6,029 bases of DNA from contig JALVPN010000006.1 in NCBI GenBank assembly GCA_027031765.1, positions 15,472 through 21,500 on the forward strand. Reading direction: 5' to 3'. The DNA is from Promethearchaeota archaeon (GTDB lineage: Archaea; Asgardarchaeota; Thorarchaeia; Thorarchaeales; Thorarchaeaceae). This document shows, piece after piece, positions 1 to 4,956 of the stretch. The first letter of the stretch is position 1, and every line of letters starts with the position of its first letter. A model generated the notes under the pieces. It was not told the origin of the DNA. It saw nothing but the letters and a program-made list of their open reading frames with translations, and did no database searches. A program made the position numbers and the translations under genes.

Positions 1-891
1 CATAAGAACAGCCAGGACAAGAGATACCATCGAGAAGAGTGCGAAGACAAACACGGTCTTGAGCAGGATGTCAGTCTTTTCTCTGTTCACTTCGGCAGAC
101 TGACACTGTGGCCTGAGCTGCTCCGCCCTGGTCCGTAGGGTGACAATCTGGCTCCGGTCGTATTCCTTCCTCTCCTCCAAGAGCTCTTCCATCCTGCGGA
201 TGCTGTTTCGAGCTTCAACAATATCGTGCCGGGCCTTGGCCCGCTCAAGTCCTTCACGACGCCGTTTCAAGTCATCGAGCTGCGCCTGTTTCTCGACCAG
301 AAATCGCTCCAACTCCTCATATTCCTCCATCTCGGGATTTCGGCAGAACTCATCAATCTCTTGGAGAAGGCCGGTGGCAAGTCTGACACGGTCTGCAAGT
401 TTTCCCTCTTCTTTGCGATTGGTCAATCGGCCTGAGGGCTTTATGCGTCCCTCGCTCCGGAGTCCCTCCATTATCTTCTCGATTTCGGCCATCCGGGCTC
501 CTGATATTCGGTCCACAAGCGTTTCGAGGTACTTCGGAGTATCGTGAGTCCGGAGATCCGAGTCTCGAATGATGAAGATGTTCCTCAGGTCATCTACTGT
601 GAGTCTAGCCTCATCCAGCTTGACCACATCAACTAGGGACTTGGAACCAGTGAGCTCTACTTCTTCGCCTCCACACTCTAAGAGCACGTAGCCGTTGGGT
701 CTTGACTCAACACGGTCGACGTCCCATCTCCGGATTCTCCGCCGTCCCAGAAGGAGCTTGATCAGTGCATCTATTGAGAGTGTCTTGCCCGACTCATTTG
801 GGCCGTAGATGAGATTGACGCCCTCCTCAAACGTGAGCCTGCGGTCTCTTACGGGCCCGTATCGGATGATGTTGAGCTCCTTCAACCTCAT
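1..891 (-). CDS. Rad50/SbcC-like (YhaN/AAA_27-type) SMC-family ATPase, N-terminal 297 codons; continues beyond the left window edge
   Basis: Manually translated; absent from the ORF track because there is no stop in the window. ATG at 891-889 overlaps the TGA of the upstream nuclease gene (ATGA). Starts MRLKELNIIRYGPVRDRRLTFEEGVNLIYGPNESGKTLSIDALIKLL, the typical SMC/Rad50 N-terminal strands plus Walker A GPNESGKT (781-804). A charged heptad-like region follows (EEYEELERFLVEKQAQLDDLKRRREGLERAKARHDIVEARNSIRRMEELLEERKEY), then hydrophobic TVFVFALFSMVSLVLAVLM (1-57). The frame is open from 891 to 1. Confidence 0.9.
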   Translation of the reverse strand, partial: MRLKELNIIRYGPVRDRRLTFEEGVNLIYGPNESGKTLSIDALIKLLLGRRRIRRWDVDRVESRPNGYVLLECGGEEVELTGSKSLVDVVKLDEARLTVDDLRNIFIIRDSDLRTHDTPKYLETLVDRISGARMAEIEKIMEGLRSEGRIKPSGRLTNRKEEGKLADRVRLATGLLQEIDEFCRNPEMEEYEELERFLVEKQAQLDDLKRRREGLERAKARHDIVEARNSIRRMEELLEERKEYDRSQIVTLRTRAEQLRPQCQSAEVNREKTDILLKTVFVFALFSMVSLVLAVLM

Positions 892-1940
892 AAGTCCAGC
901 TTCCCCTCTTCCGCCAGTCGGGACACGACCGTGAGCACCATCATATCTACCGTCTGCTTGTCGGTAATCTCGTCATCATCAAGTAGTCGCTGTTTGAACC
1001 TCTGATATATCGGGTATCGGAGGATGTTCTCTATGCCACGGACACGAAAGTCAACGGGAATTCCCCCGGCCGCCGCCTCAATCTCCTGTTTCAGCTCGGC
1101 TTCCGGCATCTCGGTGAACCCTCTGGCAATGACCCTGACATCACAGTCTTGTCCTTTGTGACGCTCGGCCCATTGTTCGACTTGCTTGACCCACGCTTTC
1201 TCTGTGCCAGGAGATATGGTGAATTCCAACTCGTCATAGTAGAATGTAGAGAGCTCTATGACTCGTGTCTTCCTGCTCGTCGTGTCAATGAGATAGGCCG
1301 ACCGCCGCCCTCGCTCCCTCCTTGTCAGAGAAACTGGTGATCCCGGGTACACGAATAGTCCTCCGTTTGCAAGCTTCTGTTCGTGCAGCCAAGAGTGAAA
1401 GTGGCCTGCTAGGATGTAGTCAAAACCGAGCCCGGCCAGCCTGGCTGAAGACACAGGCATGTAGCGAGTCGCGTCCTCTTCGCCAAAGCCACCGCTCCCG
1501 AGGCCGACATCGAGAGTGCAGTGGAGCAAGAGGATCTTGGTGCCTGCGGAACCCGATTGTTCTCGGATTCGCAGTGCTACCTCGTCGTCAAACCTCTCAC
1601 GGAATGGCACGCCCGCGATGAGGAGGTCTTCGTATTCTCTGGCAGTAACAGGCCTGTCAATCAACGTGTCGACGTCACTGCCGTAGAATGTATTCTCCGT
1701 AAAGGCTGTAGCGTCGTGGTTCCCAGGGAGGACAAGGATTTCAAAGCCGTTTCCGGATAGCAAATCTCTCAGCTGTGGCCGGAGTTCGTTTGCATCTGCG
1801 GCAGAGTCGAACATGTCGCCGGCAATCGTGACGGTGTCTGCCTTCTCTTGCCTTGCCACATCCAGGATGTGTTCGAGAGCAGCGAGGGTTCGCGGGTTGG
1901 CCGCACTGAGATGGATATCTGACGTGTGGAGTACCCTCAA
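888..1940 (-). CDS. sbcD: Mre11/SbcD-family DNA repair exonuclease (calcineurin-like metallophosphoesterase), about 350 aa
   Basis: All five phosphoesterase motifs are present: HTSDIHL, IAGDMFDS, LPGNHDA, LLLHCTL, ILAGHFH. They are followed by YPGSPVSLTRRERGRR, typical of Mre11/SbcD. The ORF track starts at ATG 1976, but TTG at 1940-1938 gives MRVLHTSDIHL, the usual N-terminus for this family, and has GAGGGG 6 nt upstream, so I prefer 1940. It is coupled to a Rad50-like ATPase. The symbol is a family-level assignment, and orthology to E. coli sbcD is not shown. Confidence 0.93.
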   Translation of the reverse strand: MRVLHTSDIHLSAANPRTLAALEHILDVARQEKADTVTIAGDMFDSAADANELRPQLRDLLSGNGFEILVLPGNHDATAFTENTFYGSDVDTLIDRPVTAREYEDLLIAGVPFRERFDDEVALRIREQSGSAGTKILLLHCTLDVGLGSGGFGEEDATRYMPVSSARLAGLGFDYILAGHFHSWLHEQKLANGGLFVYPGSPVSLTRRERGRRSAYLIDTTSRKTRVIELSTFYYDELEFTISPGTEKAWVKQVEQWAERHKGQDCDVRVIARGFTEMPEAELKQEIEAAAGGIPVDFRVRGIENILRYPIYQRFKQRLLDDDEITDKQTVDMMVLTVVSRLAEEGKLDL

Positions 1941-1946
1941 AGATGA

Positions 1947-1952
1947 CCCCTC
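1947..1952 (-). promoter_or_regulatory. Shine-Dalgarno-like site (GAGGGG) for the TTG start of the SbcD-like gene
   Basis: The minus strand reads GAGGGG-TCATCT-TTG-AGG-GTA-CTC-CAC, a 6 nt spacing. Confidence 0.55.
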
Positions 1953-2094
1953 AAACAATGTATGCGCATCAGGCATTTAGACGTTTTGGCACAAAGCCAG
2001 TACCATGTCCGTCGAAGCCTCGGGGCTGCTAGTCGCGTCACGCTCGACGCCGGTGGACTCTCACCCCGGGGCCTCTCGGCATACGAAATCAGTT

Positions 2095-2122
2095 TTGCCC
2101 AATAGGGTTTGTTTGGTAAGAT
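2095..2122 (+). promoter_or_regulatory. Candidate sigma70-type promoter facing ago (TTGCCC-N16-TAAGAT with extended -10 TG)
   Basis: TTGCCC at 2095-2100, TG at 2114-2115 and TAAGAT at 2117-2122, in a locally AT-richer patch. This is a consensus match only, and it lies about 555 nt upstream of the ago start. Confidence 0.3.
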
Positions 2123-2128
2123 ATTGGG
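2098..2128. repeat. Perfect 7-bp inverted repeat CCCAATA-N17-TATTGGG, possible operator
   Basis: CCCAATA (2098-2104) and TATTGGG (2122-2128) are exact reverse complements and overlap the -35 and -10 boxes of the candidate promoter. The repeat is certain, but its function is inferred. Confidence 0.4.
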
Positions 2129-2163
2129 AATTGTAGTCGAAAGAACCTTACCCAGATACTGTC

Positions 2164-2192
2164 TTGACGTAGTGACGGGGCTATGGTTCAAT
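2164..2192 (+). promoter_or_regulatory. Second candidate sigma70-type promoter (TTGACG-N17-TTCAAT with extended -10 TG)
   Basis: TTGACG at 2164-2169, a 17-nt spacer, TG at 2184-2185 and TTCAAT at 2187-2192. The -10 lacks the conserved A at position 2, so support is weak. Confidence 0.25.
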
Positions 2193-2663
2193 CAGCTTGA
2201 CTATGTGTGTGACGATTCCTTCGGCTGTACTGCAGCCGCGTCCTTGTTGTTCAGCTTGCCTGAGAGTTTCCTCAATCGCAGCATCTCGACTCCAGCGTTT
2301 CTCTTCGTTCCGTAGTCCTTGCGCTACTGCTCCACTATAGAGTCGAAAAGGTCGCCGCCGACTTCATGACTGTTCACTCAAGGTTGGTCTGAAGACAGGC
2401 ATACATCGAAGTGACCGTGGGAATCAAGCGCGCAGGAGTTAACCACACTGAAACGCAAGTCGGGCATGCGGAATGGCCTCAACGACCACCCCCAGATTTC
2501 ACCATCAGAATGAACGGCATAGGATTCCTGCTTGCACGGAAGGTAGACAGAACAGCCAGTAGCTAAGGCATTGCATTGCGCACCTTCCCAACGACTCGTC
2601 TGGGCCGAGTGAAAATGAGATATCAGTTGGTGGTTTCACATAGGCAGTCATCAGACCAATGCC

Positions 2664-2669
2664 AGGAGG
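2664..2669 (+). promoter_or_regulatory. Shine-Dalgarno site of ago (AGGAGG)
   Basis: AGGAGG lies 8 nt upstream of ATG 2678. Confidence 0.8.
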
Positions 2670-2677
2670 CAAGATAG

Positions 2678-4771
2678 ATGACGTATGCCTTCGCTGAGGT
2701 GTTTCCGCTTCAGACTGAAACATTCCCTCCCCTGCAAGCATTTCGCCCCATTGTCAGGGGATTCGAGGAGCAACTGATTGGTGGCAAGCTTGCATACCAC
2801 CTGTCCAGGACGACCGGTGGGCATTGGGTCTGGACAGGCGACCATCTACTGACGGACTGTCCCATATCGCGGCATGAGCTGACAGGGTTGCTCTCGGAGC
2901 TATGGCACAGTCACCCAGAAGTCTACGGGCATCTCGAAGATATCCGCCAGAATCCGGACTATCGGCCATCTCCCATTGCATTGGCAAAGGTCGGAGCGTT
3001 CGGGTTCTCAAAGGATTACACGAAGATGATACGCACAATCCTGTCCAAGGAGCGTAGTGACTTCGGTTCAGTCTATGTCGACCGAGTTCACAACATAGCA
3101 CCACTCGTAGTCAAGGGTACTCCGTGTCTGTCGATTTCGGTCTCGTCACACATTGTGCTGAAAGACGATGCCTACGAGTACCTTAGGACTCGTCCTGACC
3201 CCTCAGAGATAAAGGGCAAATGGGTGAGAGACAAGTATTCCGGCTTCAAGGGCGAGGTCGTCGATGTTGTGGGGAGTCTGGAAAGGCACCGCGAAAGACT
3301 CCTTTCTCTTGCAACAAACGAATCGACTCGGGAAGCTCTAAGGAAGAGTAGCGACAATGTCCCCGTCGTGCGGGTTGGTCGCGAGGGATACGACTATGCG
3401 GTAACTTGCCTTGATATCATTCTACGGATGGAGTACATTGACGAGTTTGGAATCGACGCTTCTAGGGCTCAGCGCGTCCTGAGGATTGCGCCGCCGGACA
3501 GGTGGAGGATTGTGCTCGGGATAGCAAGGTACCTCAGGATGGAAAGGCTGATTCGATGGGAATGCGGCTCCTACAGGCAGCCTGATGTCTTTCTTGGCCT
3601 CTCGTCCTTGGGCGTTAGGCCGAATGTCAGGTTGGGTGATGGCAAGGTCGTGCCTCACGACACGCGGATTCTGCATCACTTGAAGGAACACGGACTCTAC
3701 AGAGTGGCACCAGAGTTCTCTCAGGGGTCACCCATTAGGGTTGGCATTCTTGACTCGACTCGTGAGCCATCGGTTCAGGATTTCGTGAAACGTCTGGAGC
3801 ATGAGGTCACCAGTCTAGGAATCCGTTTTCAGGTCACCGGGGAGCAGTATGTCACGGGCGGATCCCGATACAATCTTGAGCACGCCATTGACAAACTCTC
3901 AGCAGACGGTGTCGACCTTGCACTGGGATTCTTCCACAGTGGCCACGACTACTACCAGTTCAAGCAGCTGACCGTGGGAAGAGGAATTGCTAGCCAGTTT
4001 GTGCTCGCCGACACTATGCGCAACAGATACGCCATGCCCAATGTCGTCCTAGGAATAGTTGGAAAGACCGGTAGTATCCCGTACGTCTTGGAAAAGCCCC
4101 TTGAGTACGCAGATGTTGTCGTGGGGATTGATATTGCCCGAAGGCCCAAGGAGAGGCTCGACGGTAGCGTAAACGTGGCGGCCGTCGCCCGAATATATCT
4201 CAGCAATGGGGAGTTTGTGAAGTACGTCCTTCACGATGAACCGATTGATGGAGAAACTCTTCCGCCCGAGCTGCTGCAGAACATGTTTCCTTCCAGCGAG
4301 TTTGGCGGAAAACGGGTAGTCATTCACCGCGATGGCCTGTGGAGAGGAAAGGAGAAGCGCATTCTTGTGGACTGGGCAGAAGAGATAGGGGCAACATTTC
4401 ATCTCGTCGAAGTGATCAAGTCAGGGGCACCACGGCTGTACTCCTGCAGGTCTTTCGAGAGAGGACCGGACGGAGTCGGTCAACCAGAGAAGGGCACCAC
4501 CCTGAAGCTGAGCCCCCGCGAGGCCATAATTGCCTCTACCCCGCCTTCTTCTGACAATGCAACAACTAGACCCCTCAGAATCAGGACGGAATCCAGCCTG
4601 ACAATCGAGGAGGCCCTCCATTCGGTAATGTCCATGACCCTCCTTCACTATGGTTCGGTCCGCCAGCCGAGGCTACCTGTGACGGTCCACTACAGCGACG
4701 AGATAGCAGGACTGGCCCTCATGGGCGTGAAACCAAGGGATTTGGTCGGTAAGAAACTGTACTGGTTGTGA
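2678..4771 (+). CDS. ago: Long (N-L1-PAZ-L2-MID-PIWI) prokaryotic Argonaute, predicted catalytically active (long-A type), 697 aa
   Basis: PIWI motifs: VVVGIDIA (D485), PIDGETLP (E526), RVVIHRDG (D552), VEVIKSGAPRLY, and RLPVTVHYSDEIA (D674), giving a DEDD tetrad. MID pocket: Y425-x3-K429, SQ440 and GK463, plus N455. It has a PAZ-like region (KGKWVRDKYSGFKGEVVDVVG...VVRVGREGYDYAV), a hydrophobic C-terminus (KKLYWL) and a strong RBS. Confidence 0.97.
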   Translation: MTYAFAEVFPLQTETFPPLQAFRPIVRGFEEQLIGGKLAYHLSRTTGGHWVWTGDHLLTDCPISRHELTGLLSELWHSHPEVYGHLEDIRQNPDYRPSPIALAKVGAFGFSKDYTKMIRTILSKERSDFGSVYVDRVHNIAPLVVKGTPCLSISVSSHIVLKDDAYEYLRTRPDPSEIKGKWVRDKYSGFKGEVVDVVGSLERHRERLLSLATNESTREALRKSSDNVPVVRVGREGYDYAVTCLDIILRMEYIDEFGIDASRAQRVLRIAPPDRWRIVLGIARYLRMERLIRWECGSYRQPDVFLGLSSLGVRPNVRLGDGKVVPHDTRILHHLKEHGLYRVAPEFSQGSPIRVGILDSTREPSVQDFVKRLEHEVTSLGIRFQVTGEQYVTGGSRYNLEHAIDKLSADGVDLALGFFHSGHDYYQFKQLTVGRGIASQFVLADTMRNRYAMPNVVLGIVGKTGSIPYVLEKPLEYADVVVGIDIARRPKERLDGSVNVAAVARIYLSNGEFVKYVLHDEPIDGETLPPELLQNMFPSSEFGGKRVVIHRDGLWRGKEKRILVDWAEEIGATFHLVEVIKSGAPRLYSCRSFERGPDGVGQPEKGTTLKLSPREAIIASTPPSSDNATTRPLRIRTESSLTIEEALHSVMSMTLLHYGSVRQPRLPVTVHYSDEIAGLALMGVKPRDLVGKKLYWL

Positions 4772-4797
4772 CATCTGCAGTGTGTGTCAGATGTTTG
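4771..4797 (+). terminator. Possible weak intrinsic terminator or stem-loop immediately after the ago stop
   Basis: ACATCTG (4771-4777) and CAGATGT (4788-4794) form a perfect 7-bp stem with a 10-nt loop, followed by only a short T run. The loop is long and the U tract poor, so termination would be leaky at best. Confidence 0.3.
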
Positions 4798-4936
4798 ACA
4801 TGTACAGGGTTGCCGTAGCCATCTGCTGATGGAAACCACGGTGGAATGACCATACATCTGGGACAATAGAGTGCGCCACATTGCGAGGTCAAGGAGTGTA
4901 TGTGAACACGCAACAGTAATATGATGCAATGACTGC

Positions 4937-4942
4937 GGAGGT
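4937..4942 (+). promoter_or_regulatory. Shine-Dalgarno site (GGAGGT) for the ORF starting at 4949
   Basis: GGAGGT lies 6 nt upstream of ATG 4949. A second GGAGGT at 4969-4974 precedes an alternative in-frame ATG at 4988. Confidence 0.6.
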
Positions 4943-4956
4943 GGGTGCATGCACCC
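4943..4956. repeat. Perfect 14-bp palindrome GGGTGCATGCACCC overlapping the predicted start codon
   Basis: The sequence equals its own reverse complement and contains ATG 4949-4951. Confidence 0.5.

Noticed and set aside
140-547. 135-aa and 69-aa plus-strand ORFs in the ORF track
   Set aside because: They are antisense shadows of the Rad50-like gene. The Ser/Arg/Phe-rich composition is what the reverse complement of a Glu/Lys-rich coiled coil produces.
1149-1760. Three short plus-strand ORFs (63, 99 and 79 aa)
   Set aside because: They lie fully antisense to the well-supported SbcD-like gene and have no recognisable motifs.
1941-1976. ATG 1976 as the start of the SbcD-like gene
   Set aside because: It adds 12 residues before the motif I strand and has no SD upstream. 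TTG 1940 has an SD and gives the family-typical N-terminus. Not excluded, but less likely.
2181-2377. Possible decayed small gene on the minus strand (VNSHEVGGDLFDSIVEQ*RKDYGTKRNAGVEMLRLRKLSGKLNNKD..., 2377-2201 with an internal TAG at 2326-2324; an overlapping frame reads ...LRNEEKRWSRDAAIEETLRQAEQQG...)
   Set aside because: Both frames look helical simply because this strand is purine-rich. There is no SD and no family I can recognise, so a pseudogene call is unsupported without a tBLASTn or BLASTx hit.
2594-2639. Small inverted repeats upstream of ago (ACTCG/CGAGT; GTGAAA-N19-TTTCAC)
   Set aside because: Arms of only 5-6 bp are expected by chance in 700 nt, and no promoter consensus is associated with them.
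2109-2845. Intergenic ORFs 2109-2315 (+), 2505-2741 (-) and 2651-2845 (-)
   Set aside because: They are short, with weak starts and no motifs, and two of them overlap the ago start on the opposite strand.
2754-4648. Multiple 61-117 aa ORFs antisense to or out of frame within ago
   Set aside because: They are shadow ORFs of a strongly supported gene, with no independent coding signal.
4891-4905. AAGGAG followed by ATG-TGA (start-stop mini ORF)
   Set aside because: The 3-nt SD spacing is too short for efficient initiation, so it is probably chance.
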